Source: Eubacteriales bacterium
GTDB lineage: Bacteria; Bacillota; Clostridia; Oscillospirales; CAG-272
Direction: 5' to 3'
NCBI GenBank assembly: GCA_045597145.1
Contig: JAZODU010000069.1
Location: 8,599 to 72,598, forward strand
DNA: 64,000 nucleotides
Position 1 is the stretch's first letter. The number at the start of each line of letters is the position of its first letter. Made by a program: the position numbers and the translations under genes. The notes below the pieces were generated by a model that worked only from the letters and a program-made list of their open reading frames with translations, searched no databases and was not told where the DNA came from. This document shows, one piece after another, positions 24,405-33,035 of the stretch.

Positions 24405-25607
24405 TCACCCCACCAAATACAACAATACCTCAACCATCTTTTCCAAGGACTCCACGGGGATAAACTCGTGGACACCATGGAAATTCGCGCCGCCCGTGGA
24501 GAGGTTCGGGCAAGGAAGCCCCATAAAGGACAGCCGCGCGCCGTCGGTGCCGCCACGGATCGGGGAGACGATCGGCTCAACTCCCACCGAACGCATCGCA
24601 TCCTTGGCGTTTTCGATCAGATCCATGTGGGAAAGCAGCTTTTCGCGCATGTTGTAGTAGCTGTCGCGGATCGAGAACTCAAAGCAGCCCTCGCCCCATT
24701 GGGCATTCAAATAATCGCACACGCGTGAGAGGAACGCCTTCCGCGCTTCAAATTTGTCGCGGTCGTGGTCGCGGATCAGCAAGGCAACCGTCGCCGTCGT
24801 TTCGTCACCCCGCATATCGGTCACGTGGTAAAATCCCTCGTAGCCCTCGGTGTGCGCGGGTGTTTCGGCAGGCGGAAGCATCGAAATGAATTGATTCGCC
24901 ATCAAGATCGCATTCTTCATACGCCCCTTGGCAGAGCCCGGGTGGATATTGACGCCGTGCACGGTCAAGCTCGCCGCCGCGGCGTTGAAATTTTCGTATT
25001 CGATCTCACCGATCTCGCCGCCGTCTACCGTGTACGCCACGGATGCGCCGAAGCGCGCAACGTCAAAGTGATCCGCGCCCCGTCCGATCTCCTCGTCGGG
25101 CGTGAACGCCACCGTGATCGCGCGGTGCGAAATTTCGGGGTGCGCAGCAAGATGCGCGCACAGGCTGACGATCTCGGCAATGCCCGCCTTGTCGTCTGCC
25201 CCTAAAAGGGTCGTGCCGTCGGTCACGATCAGTTCCTTGCCAACGCACTTGTCCAGCATCGGGTAAAGGGCGGGGTCAAGGATCGCACCGTTGCCAAGCG
25301 GCAAAACGCCGCCCGTGTAGCGCACGGTGCGCGGCTTGATGTCCTTGCCGCCGACTGCGGGAGAAGTGTCCATATGCGCGATCAGACCGAGCGCAGGCTC
25401 GTTCTCGCGCCCTGCCGACGCCGCCAAAAAGCCGTACACGTAGCCGTATTCGTCCATGCGGACGTCAAAAAGCCCCAAAGCGGTCAGCTCTCCGACCAAG
25501 CACTCCGCCAGTGCCAGCTGACAGCGCGAGCTTGGAACGGTTTCGCTGTCCTCGCAGGAGGTCGTATCAAAGCTGACGTATTTCAAAAAACGTTCAACAA
25601 CGCTCAT
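24405..25607 (-). CDS. pepT: peptidase T (tripeptide aminopeptidase)
   Basis: MSVVERFLKYVSFDTTS N-terminus and M20 family blocks. AGAGG RBS. The track start is GTG 25613. Confidence 0.85.
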   Translation of the reverse strand: MSVVERFLKYVSFDTTSCEDSETVPSSRCQLALAECLVGELTALGLFDVRMDEYGYVYGFLAASAGRENEPALGLIAHMDTSPAVGGKDIKPRTVRYTGGVLPLGNGAILDPALYPMLDKCVGKELIVTDGTTLLGADDKAGIAEIVSLCAHLAAHPEISHRAITVAFTPDEEIGRGADHFDVARFGASVAYTVDGGEIGEIEYENFNAAAASLTVHGVNIHPGSAKGRMKNAILMANQFISMLPPAETPAHTEGYEGFYHVTDMRGDETTATVALLIRDHDRDKFEARKAFLSRVCDYLNAQWGEGCFEFSIRDSYYNMREKLLSHMDLIENAKDAMRSVGVEPIVSPIRGGTDGARLSFMGLPCPNLSTGGANFHGVHEFIPVESLEKMVEVLLYLVG

Positions 25608-25616
25608 ACGCACCTC

Positions 25617-26843
25617 TTAAAACGCCCAGTTGCCGTTTTCAAAGATCGGCACACGGCGTCCGTCGCGCGTTTGCGCAACGATCGAAAGATCGGACGTGCC
25701 GATCATAAAATCCACGTGGATCATAGAGTCGTTGATCCCCTTGTCGTAGCACTCCTGCATGGTGTACTTGTCGTAATCCTTGATAACGTTGGTAAAGCCG
25801 TGACCGACCGCCAGGTGGCACGCGGCGTTCTCGTCAAAGAGCGTGTTGTAAAACAAAAGGTCCGAGTTGCAGATGGGGCTATCGTAAGGCACGAGCGCGA
25901 CCTCGCCAAGGTACGCCGCACCCTCGTCCATGGAGATCATCTCCCGGAGCAATGCTTCGCCCTTCTCTGCCCCCACCTCGACGGCGCGACCGCCCTCAAA
26001 GCGCATCCAGAAGTTTTCGATCAGCTGTCCCTGATAAGAGAGCGGCTTAGAGGCATACACGATTCCCTCTGCCTTTCCCTTCATCGGCGACACGAACACC
26101 TCCTCGGACGGAATGTTGGGGTTGAAGACGATGCCCGAGCCCTGCGTGGTTTCATCGCCGCCCATAAAGAGCGCGTCCTCGATCAGTCCAACGGTAAAAT
26201 CCGTGCCGTTTGAGGATTTGTATTCCAGCGACTCGATGCCAAGGGCGTTGAGATAATCGCATCTCGCCGCCAGATCCTTGTTGTGCGCCTCCCACGCGGC
26301 AATGGGGTCCTCCAGCGCGCGCGAGGTATAAAGGATCGCCTCCCACAGCTTTTCGATCGCGCGGGATTTGGTTTCCTTCGGGAAGACCTTTTTCGCCCAA
26401 GCAGCACCCGGTACTGCGGCAATGCACCACTGGTATTTGTTTTCCATGGCATCGCGATAGGGCTTGCGGATCTTGTACCGCGCCTGCATCGCCTTCGCCA
26501 TCTTCTCCTGATTCACGCCAGCCAGCCCGTCGGGATCGTCGGAATCCAGCCAGATGGTCACGGGCAGGGTTTCGGACTCGTGCTTGAGCTTGGCAACCTC
26601 CCACACCTCCATATGCGACAGCGTTTTCAAACTCGCCTTCTTCTGCGTTACCTTGGTCACGGGCTGATAGCTCCACTCCACGCGAACCTGACGCGCGCCC
26701 AGCGCGTAGCATTCTTCAACGACCATGCGAACGAATTCGGGCTGGTCGAGGTCGGCGCGAATGATCACATCCTGCCCCTTTTGCACGTTTCCGCCCATCT
26801 TCGCGATGAGCTTTGCGTAATTTCTCAAAACTGTTTTTTTCAT
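25617..26843 (-). CDS. aminopeptidase, M29 (AmpS/PepS) family
   Basis: 408 aa. MKKTVLRNYAKLIAKMGGNVQKGQ N-terminus and a C-terminal HVDFMIG block. Confidence 0.8.
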   Translation of the reverse strand: MKKTVLRNYAKLIAKMGGNVQKGQDVIIRADLDQPEFVRMVVEECYALGARQVRVEWSYQPVTKVTQKKASLKTLSHMEVWEVAKLKHESETLPVTIWLDSDDPDGLAGVNQEKMAKAMQARYKIRKPYRDAMENKYQWCIAAVPGAAWAKKVFPKETKSRAIEKLWEAILYTSRALEDPIAAWEAHNKDLAARCDYLNALGIESLEYKSSNGTDFTVGLIEDALFMGGDETTQGSGIVFNPNIPSEEVFVSPMKGKAEGIVYASKPLSYQGQLIENFWMRFEGGRAVEVGAEKGEALLREMISMDEGAAYLGEVALVPYDSPICNSDLLFYNTLFDENAACHLAVGHGFTNVIKDYDKYTMQECYDKGINDSMIHVDFMIGTSDLSIVAQTRDGRRVPIFENGNWAF

Positions 26844-27147
26844 GATTTATCTCCTGCGTTTTATAAATATTCGAATACTATTATACACAAAACGACCGCT
26901 TTTGTCAATCGTTCGCGGCATTTTTATCGATCTTCACCGCGCCACGGCTTCCCACGAAAAGGCGGTTGCGAATCGAACGCCTTTCACTGAGCAGAAACAA
27001 CGGAGGGGGTGCTGTGAGATGCACCCTCTATCGGGAAACATATAGCCCATGCGGGGAATTTTTTTGGAAAGGGTGTGGGAAAACCTTTTTGAAAAGGGTG
27101 CTCCGCCTTAAAAAACAAAAAAATCAGCGCAAATATTGCGTTTTATA

Positions 27148-27176
27148 TTGACTTTTCGGGAAAGCTGTGCTATAAT
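27148..27176 (+). promoter_or_regulatory. sigma-A-type promoter of the SCIFF locus
   Basis: TTGACT, 17-nt spacer, TGcTATAAT. Confidence 0.65.
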
Positions 27177-27205
27177 ATGGGTAATTCTGATTGGAGGTAT
27201 TCATC

Positions 27206-27346
27206 ATGAAGCATATCGAAACCATCGAAACTCGCAACCTGTGCGAGAGCGCAAAGAACGGCGGCTGCGGCGAATGCCAGACCTCTTGCCAGTCCGCTTG
27301 CAAGACCAGCTGCGGTATCGCTAACCAGCAGTGCGAGAACAAGTAA
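27206..27346 (+). CDS. scfA: SCIFF (six-cysteine ranthipeptide) precursor peptide
   Basis: Not in the ORF track (46 aa): MKHIETIETRNLCESAKNGGCGECQTSCQSACKTSCGIANQQCENK. A GGAGG RBS lies 6 nt upstream. It is followed by the cognate maturase. Confidence 0.9.
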   Translation: MKHIETIETRNLCESAKNGGCGECQTSCQSACKTSCGIANQQCENK

Positions 27347-27360
27347 TTTGGCTTTCATGA

Positions 27361-27391
27361 AAAATGCCGCCGACTACGGCGGCATTTTTCG
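27361..27391 (+). terminator. intrinsic terminator/attenuator between scfA and scfB
   Basis: ATGCCGCCG-ACTA-CGGCGGCAT followed by TTTTC. Confidence 0.7.
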
Positions 27392-27429
27392 TCTGCCTCC
27401 CTATCTTTTACGCAAAGGAAGTACAAAAC

Positions 27430-28818
27430 ATGATCCATCAATACAAGCTTGGCGGCTATAACATCGTTCTCGACACCGCGTCGGGCGGCGTACACGTGGT
27501 TGACGACGTGGCGTATGACATCATCGCCATGTTTGCGGACTGCGACCGCGACGCTGTGATCGCGGCAATGAACGAAAAATACATCGGCGTGGACGGCATC
27601 ACCGCTGAGGATATCACGGAATGCTACGAGCAGGTAGAGGCACTGAAGGAGTGCGGCAAGCTCTTCTCCCCCGACACGTTCGAGGGCATGGCGGGTCACC
27701 TGAAGGAAAAGACCGCAGGCGTTGTCAAGGCTCTGTGCCTGCACATCGCGCACACCTGCAACCTCAACTGCGCCTACTGCTTTGCAAGTCAGGGCAAGTA
27801 CCACGGCGACCGCGCCGTGATGAGCTTTGAGGTCGGCAAGCAGGCACTGGATTTTCTCGTTGCCAATTCGGGCACGCGCCGCAACCTTGAGGTCGACTTC
27901 TTCGGCGGCGAGCCTTTGATGAACTTTGACGTGGTCAAGCAGCTCGTGGCGTACGCGCGCTCGATCGAAAAGGAGCACAACAAGAATTTCCGCTTCACGC
28001 TGACCACGAACGGGCTTCTGATCGACGACGACGTGATCGATTTTGCCAACCGTGAGTGCAGCAACGTCGTGCTCAGCCTCGACGGACGGAAAGAAATCCG
28101 CCACCACTATCGCGTGGACTACGCAGGAAACGGCAGCTGGGAAAAAATCGTTCCCAAGTTCCAGAAGCTCGTGGCAGCGCGCGGCGGCAAAAACTACTAC
28201 ATGCGCGGCACCTTCACCCACGCCAACCCCGATTTTCTCAAGGACATTCAGGTCATGCTCGACCTCGGATTTAACGAGCTGAGCATGGAGCCCGTGGTCT
28301 GCGCACCCGGTGACCCATCGAAATTGACCGAGGCGGATCTGCCGATCGTGCTTGACCAGTACGAAAGGCTGGCTGAATTGATGCTTGAGCGCGACCGCGA
28401 GGACCGCCCCTTTACCTTCTACCACTACATGATCGACCTGACAGGCGGTCCTTGCATCTACAAGCGCATCTCGGGCTGCGGCTCGGGCACGGAGTACATG
28501 GCAGTCACGCCTTGGGGTGACCTCTACCCCTGCCACCAGTTCGTGGGCGAGGAAAAATTCAAGCTGGGCAACATCTGGCAAGGCGTTACAAACAAAGAAA
28601 CGCAATGCGATTTCGCCTCCTGCAACGTCTACGCGCGTCCCGATTGCCGCGACTGCTGGGCAAAGCTCTATTGCTCGGGCGGCTGTGCCGCAAACGCTTA
28701 CCACTCCACGGGAAGCGTGACGGGCGTTTACAAATATGGCTGTGAGCTCTTCCGCAAGAGAATGGAATGTGCCATCATGGTGGAGATCGCGCGCACGCTG
28801 GCAAGAAAAGCAAAATGA
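27430..28818 (+). CDS. scfB: SCIFF radical SAM maturase (thioether cross-link forming, SPASM domain)
   Basis: MIHQYKLGGYNIVLD N-terminus, CNLNCAYC radical SAM motif, and C-terminal Cys-rich SPASM region (CGSG...C..CWAKLYCSGGC). Confidence 0.9.
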   Translation: MIHQYKLGGYNIVLDTASGGVHVVDDVAYDIIAMFADCDRDAVIAAMNEKYIGVDGITAEDITECYEQVEALKECGKLFSPDTFEGMAGHLKEKTAGVVKALCLHIAHTCNLNCAYCFASQGKYHGDRAVMSFEVGKQALDFLVANSGTRRNLEVDFFGGEPLMNFDVVKQLVAYARSIEKEHNKNFRFTLTTNGLLIDDDVIDFANRECSNVVLSLDGRKEIRHHYRVDYAGNGSWEKIVPKFQKLVAARGGKNYYMRGTFTHANPDFLKDIQVMLDLGFNELSMEPVVCAPGDPSKLTEADLPIVLDQYERLAELMLERDREDRPFTFYHYMIDLTGGPCIYKRISGCGSGTEYMAVTPWGDLYPCHQFVGEEKFKLGNIWQGVTNKETQCDFASCNVYARPDCRDCWAKLYCSGGCAANAYHSTGSVTGVYKYGCELFRKRMECAIMVEIARTLARKAK

Positions 28819-30152
28819 ACACACCGATCTGCGACTTTGTAAGCCGTTACGCCGAAAGCGGCACGCTGCGGCTGCATATGCCCGGTCACAAGGGCACGGG
28901 GGCTTTGGGCGTCGAAGCACTTGACATCACGGAGATCCGAGGTGCTGACAGCCTGTTTGAAGCCGACGGCATCATCGCGCAAAGCGAGCACCGGGCAAGC
29001 GAGATCTTCGGCTGTCCGACCTTTTATTCCACCGAGGGCTCCTCGCTCTGCATCCGCGCCATGGTGCAGCTTGCCGCTCTGCATGCCAAGGCAAGCGGCA
29101 AGCGCCCGCTTTTGTGGGCGGCGCGCAACGCGCACAAGACCTTTCTCTCCGCCGTGGCGCTGCTCGACGTTGACGTGGTCTGGCAGGACGCGGGCGACGA
29201 TGCCTCTTACCTCTCATGCACGGTCTATGCCAACCTGCTTGACGCGCTTCTTGCGGTCGCCCCCCAAAAGCCGACCGCGTTCTACCTGACAAGTCCCGAT
29301 TACCTCGGAGGCGTTGCCGATATCCGCGCCATCTCCACGGTCTGCCACCGCCACGGTGTGCTTCTGCTGGTTGACAACGCGCACGGGGCGTATCTCAGAT
29401 TCCTGCCGCAATCCGTGCACCCGATCGACCTTGGTGCCGATCTGGTCTGCGATTCCGCGCACAAAACGCTCCCCGTGCTCACGGGCGGTGCGTATCTGCA
29501 CGTCGGCAATCATGCACCGCGCATCTTTACCGACATGGCAAAAAGCGCGCTCGCGCTGTTTGCTTCAACCAGCCCCTCTTATCTGATCCTCCAATCGCTC
29601 GACGCCGCCAACCCTGTTCTGGGCGAGGCGTTCAGCCGCCAATTGCAAGCCTTTTTGCCGCACGTGCAGACGTTGCGTCAAGCCCTGACCGACATGGGCT
29701 GGGAGCTTTACGGCGAGGAGGAATTGAAGCTCACGCTTGCAACGAAGCCATACGGCTACGAGGGCACGGCTGTTGCCGATGCCTGGCGCGAGAGCGGAAT
29801 CGAATGCGAATTTGCCGACCCCGACCACGTCGTTTTTATGCTCTCCCCCACAATCGGTCACGCGGGCTTGCAGACGCTGCAACACGCGCTCGCAGTGCTT
29901 CCGCGTCGCAACCCGATCACCACGCTCCCCCCCGCACGCACGCGCGCAAAAGCGCGCATGTCGATCCGCGAGGCGATGCTCTCCCCCATGGTGCAAGTCC
30001 CGGTTGAGCGCGCATTGGGGCACATTCTTGCCGCGCCGTCGGTTTCCTGCCCCCCGGCAGTCCCCATCGTCGTGTCGGGCGAGGAGATTGACGAAAGCGC
30101 GATCCGCGCCTTCCGCTACTACGGAATTGACGCGTGCTTCGTAATACGATAA
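28815..30152 (+). CDS. PLP-dependent Orn/Lys/Arg decarboxylase-family protein (YaaO-like)
   Basis: LHMPGHKG and DSAHKTLP (PLP lysine) blocks. The ATG overlaps the scfB stop (ATGA). Confidence 0.75.
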   Translation: MNTPICDFVSRYAESGTLRLHMPGHKGTGALGVEALDITEIRGADSLFEADGIIAQSEHRASEIFGCPTFYSTEGSSLCIRAMVQLAALHAKASGKRPLLWAARNAHKTFLSAVALLDVDVVWQDAGDDASYLSCTVYANLLDALLAVAPQKPTAFYLTSPDYLGGVADIRAISTVCHRHGVLLLVDNAHGAYLRFLPQSVHPIDLGADLVCDSAHKTLPVLTGGAYLHVGNHAPRIFTDMAKSALALFASTSPSYLILQSLDAANPVLGEAFSRQLQAFLPHVQTLRQALTDMGWELYGEEELKLTLATKPYGYEGTAVADAWRESGIECEFADPDHVVFMLSPTIGHAGLQTLQHALAVLPRRNPITTLPPARTRAKARMSIREAMLSPMVQVPVERALGHILAAPSVSCPPAVPIVVSGEEIDESAIRAFRYYGIDACFVIR

Positions 30153-30202
30153 AAAACGTGCACGGCGTCCCAAAAGGGACACCGTGCACGTTTTTGTGTT
30201 GC

Positions 30203-32971
30203 TTAATCGGGAATAACGCGCTCGTTCAGGAGATCCTCAACATAGCCGTGCAGTGTATCCAGAAAATCCGCCTTCACGTAAAATCTTCCATACTCCTGAC
30301 CGACCGCATTGCCGTTCTCATCCAGCATGCGGAGGGTTACGATCGCCTTGTTATCGGTATATCGGTAGAAGTTGATCTCGACATTCCAGATCTCGTTCTC
30401 CGTATGCGCACGGACGTCCTCGCCGATCTCATCGTCGTAATAGACGTAGCCGTTAAAGAATTTTGCCTGATCCTCGGATTGGAGCCTGATCGTGGCGGTG
30501 GGCTGACGCGACGCGATGAACTGATCGACCGTCATGCCGTAACGATCCATGATATCCTTTTCCTTGACGTCGCCCTCAAGTGTGAAGTTGACCAAAGCCA
30601 GATGCAGACGGCTGTAATTGGTTTCCGCGCTGATCATCTCGTACAGCGTTTCCCCCGTCGTGTCGCTCCGATATTCCTCTTTGATGGTGTAATCCAGCAA
30701 ACCGTTGTTCTTGGAATACTGAGGGCTGGATATCTGCGGATTGCTCGTTGCGACCGTTACCACGGTTTCAAGCCCCTCCTTGTGACGGTAAATAGGCTCA
30801 CCGAACTGACGGTTGACCGCAATATCCACGCTCTGACCGTTGAGCGTACCGACAAAGCAGAGCACGTCGTCACGTCTGACAATATCGTTGTTGACGAAAT
30901 CGGGACGAACACGCACGTTCTGCCCTTTTGCATTGACGTAGTAATAGATCTCTTCCATATAGATGATGTTCCCCTTCTTGGGATTCATCATGGCATCTCT
31001 GTAGGACACGTTCTCCACGGTATCAAAGTCGATCCGCGCGGTTACCTCATAGGTCTCCCCCGAGGAGGTTTTGTAGTAGAGCTTCGTGCCGGACTCCTCG
31101 AGATATCCGTTGGAAAGATCCACAGCCTTCAGCATTTTGACACCGTTCTCCTCCGTAACGTAATAGCAGTAGGAGCGGTCGTGACTGAAGGAGAAATCGT
31201 AGGACTGATCTCCGATGGTAAGGCTCAGCCCCTTGAGATAGGAAAGGCTGATCTGCATGAAGTATTCTTCATACCAATCCGCAGTATCCCATTCAATAAA
31301 CGGCAGGTAGTACGGCTCAACCTCCACGATCATATCAAAGGTCGTGGACGCTACGTAGTAGTTGCCGTTTTCGTTTTTCACGGTGGAAATAAAGAGCGAG
31401 TTGGTCAGGAAGGTATTCACACCGTCGGACTCATCCACATCCACGCCGTACTGAAGCATCATCACGTTCTCGTCAAAGCCGAATTCCTTGAGCGTGTCGG
31501 CGTTCACACCAAGCTTGACGCATCGCTCACACTCAAGCGAAAAGAACAGCCCCAGGATCTCCTGTGCACGGGACGCGTTGATGCGGTATCCGTCCATCAG
31601 ATTAACGCCGAAGTTGACGTACGGGAAGGAGGTGTTCATGGTGTACTGACGCAGCTCCAGCGGCTCGTAGGAAAGTGCTACGATCAGCTCCGAATCGCTG
31701 ATGTTGTAGTCCTTTATGTTCATCCAACCGTCATCCAGCACGCGAAGCATGAAGTTATCCGCCATGCTGTGCGTGTTGACAGATACCGCATAAACTGCCT
31801 GTGGCTTGACCATGGATTCAACAGGCACCATCACCGTGCTCTTGAGGTACCCGGCACCCAGGATATAGATGGAGTTCTTCCCCTCGATGCGCACGTAATA
31901 GCCGTCTCTGGAGGGGGTCAGGTTTCCGATATGAACGGTATAGTTTTTATCGGGGTCGGGCTTGAAGCTCTGATAGGTGCTTCCGTCGTCGTTCGTTTCG
32001 GTCTTATAGTCGACCACGGGCTTACCGCCCGAATAAAGGTCGTTCCCGCTGTCGTCCTTCTTAAAGAGCACGCCTCGGATTGTGTAAGATGCCGTGGGGG
32101 TATCCAGACCGTACACGGAATAGTCGATGCTTCCGTCCGCAAGCTTTGCAACGTCCGCCGCCTTCGTCAATTTGCGCGACGCGGTCGTCCAGCCACAGCC
32201 TACGATCAGGCGCGCATACAGATCCGTATCGTAGGAGAAAAGCGCGTCCTCAAAGCCCTCGATGTAGGTTCCTTTGGGCGTATGCACGAATTTATACGTG
32301 CCATGCTCGTTCGTGACCTCTATATCAAAAACGTAAGAGGAGGAGATCTCGGGATACAGCAGCAACGCCGTTCCCGCAGCCGCCTCGTAGTCGTCCAGCG
32401 TATCGGGGTCCACGATCGCGATCAACCTATATTCTCCCGTATCCGGGTTGATGCTGTACTGGTTACCGCTCTTTGCGGCAATATAGACGTTTGGGGCGTT
32501 TTCTCTGGTAGGCATGAGCGTTCCATCGCTGTCAAACATCTTGTACACGCCGTCCTCACGCTTGATCGTATAGCGGTCGCTGTACTCCTTGCCATCCACC
32601 GTATAGGTATCGGTCAGATAGTACACGGAGATCAGCTGTGCCACGATCGCCCACGCGATGAGCAGCACCACAGCCGTTGCCGCCAGTGCGACCACAGCCC
32701 ATTTCTGACGCTTGAGCGAGGACGCCTTTTTCTTGTTCGCCCGCTCACGCACCCAGCGCGCCTGCAAGCGCACGTCATCGGCAGAATCCAGAACGGTTTC
32801 CGCGGTGACGCGCGTGTCGCCAAGATACCAGCCGTCAAAGCGGTATCCCGCGCGCACGGGCGTGGGGAGCGTGCCGTAGGGCTCGCCGCACACGGCCTCG
32901 CGCGCCGATTGCGCCACGCTTCCCTTGCCTGCGTCAAATATCAAATTTACAATCGTTTCTTCGGTTCTCAT
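30203..32971 (-). CDS. large single-pass membrane protein, DUF4340-like by operon position, with an N-terminal InlB-type B-repeat
   Basis: 922 aa. GYRFDGWY repeat motif, then a basic stretch and TM (WAVVALAATAVVLLIAWAIV), then a ~800-aa ectodomain. It is the last gene of the ABC/GldG-like operon. Confidence 0.5.
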   Translation of the reverse strand: MRTEETIVNLIFDAGKGSVAQSAREAVCGEPYGTLPTPVRAGYRFDGWYLGDTRVTAETVLDSADDVRLQARWVRERANKKKASSLKRQKWAVVALAATAVVLLIAWAIVAQLISVYYLTDTYTVDGKEYSDRYTIKREDGVYKMFDSDGTLMPTRENAPNVYIAAKSGNQYSINPDTGEYRLIAIVDPDTLDDYEAAAGTALLLYPEISSSYVFDIEVTNEHGTYKFVHTPKGTYIEGFEDALFSYDTDLYARLIVGCGWTTASRKLTKAADVAKLADGSIDYSVYGLDTPTASYTIRGVLFKKDDSGNDLYSGGKPVVDYKTETNDDGSTYQSFKPDPDKNYTVHIGNLTPSRDGYYVRIEGKNSIYILGAGYLKSTVMVPVESMVKPQAVYAVSVNTHSMADNFMLRVLDDGWMNIKDYNISDSELIVALSYEPLELRQYTMNTSFPYVNFGVNLMDGYRINASRAQEILGLFFSLECERCVKLGVNADTLKEFGFDENVMMLQYGVDVDESDGVNTFLTNSLFISTVKNENGNYYVASTTFDMIVEVEPYYLPFIEWDTADWYEEYFMQISLSYLKGLSLTIGDQSYDFSFSHDRSYCYYVTEENGVKMLKAVDLSNGYLEESGTKLYYKTSSGETYEVTARIDFDTVENVSYRDAMMNPKKGNIIYMEEIYYYVNAKGQNVRVRPDFVNNDIVRRDDVLCFVGTLNGQSVDIAVNRQFGEPIYRHKEGLETVVTVATSNPQISSPQYSKNNGLLDYTIKEEYRSDTTGETLYEMISAETNYSRLHLALVNFTLEGDVKEKDIMDRYGMTVDQFIASRQPTATIRLQSEDQAKFFNGYVYYDDEIGEDVRAHTENEIWNVEINFYRYTDNKAIVTLRMLDENGNAVGQEYGRFYVKADFLDTLHGYVEDLLNERVIPD

Positions 32972-33035
32972 TTGGTTTTCTTGTATTCCCTTCTTTGAAT
33001 CTCGGGCAGAATCTCTCCGCCGTCAAGGTTTCGGC

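Noticed and set aside
27355-28920. 521-aa minus-strand ORF
   Set aside because: It is antisense to the SCIFF maturase, which has an unmistakable CNLNCAYC radical-SAM motif and SPASM motifs on the plus strand.
30134-32998. 954-aa plus-strand ORF, the longest in its region
   Set aside because: It is exactly antisense to the 922-aa minus-strand gene. Its translation is V/D/L/R/H-rich with no motif, TM or signal. The minus-strand product has a B-repeat, a TM and sensible composition. This is the typical GC-rich antisense artefact.
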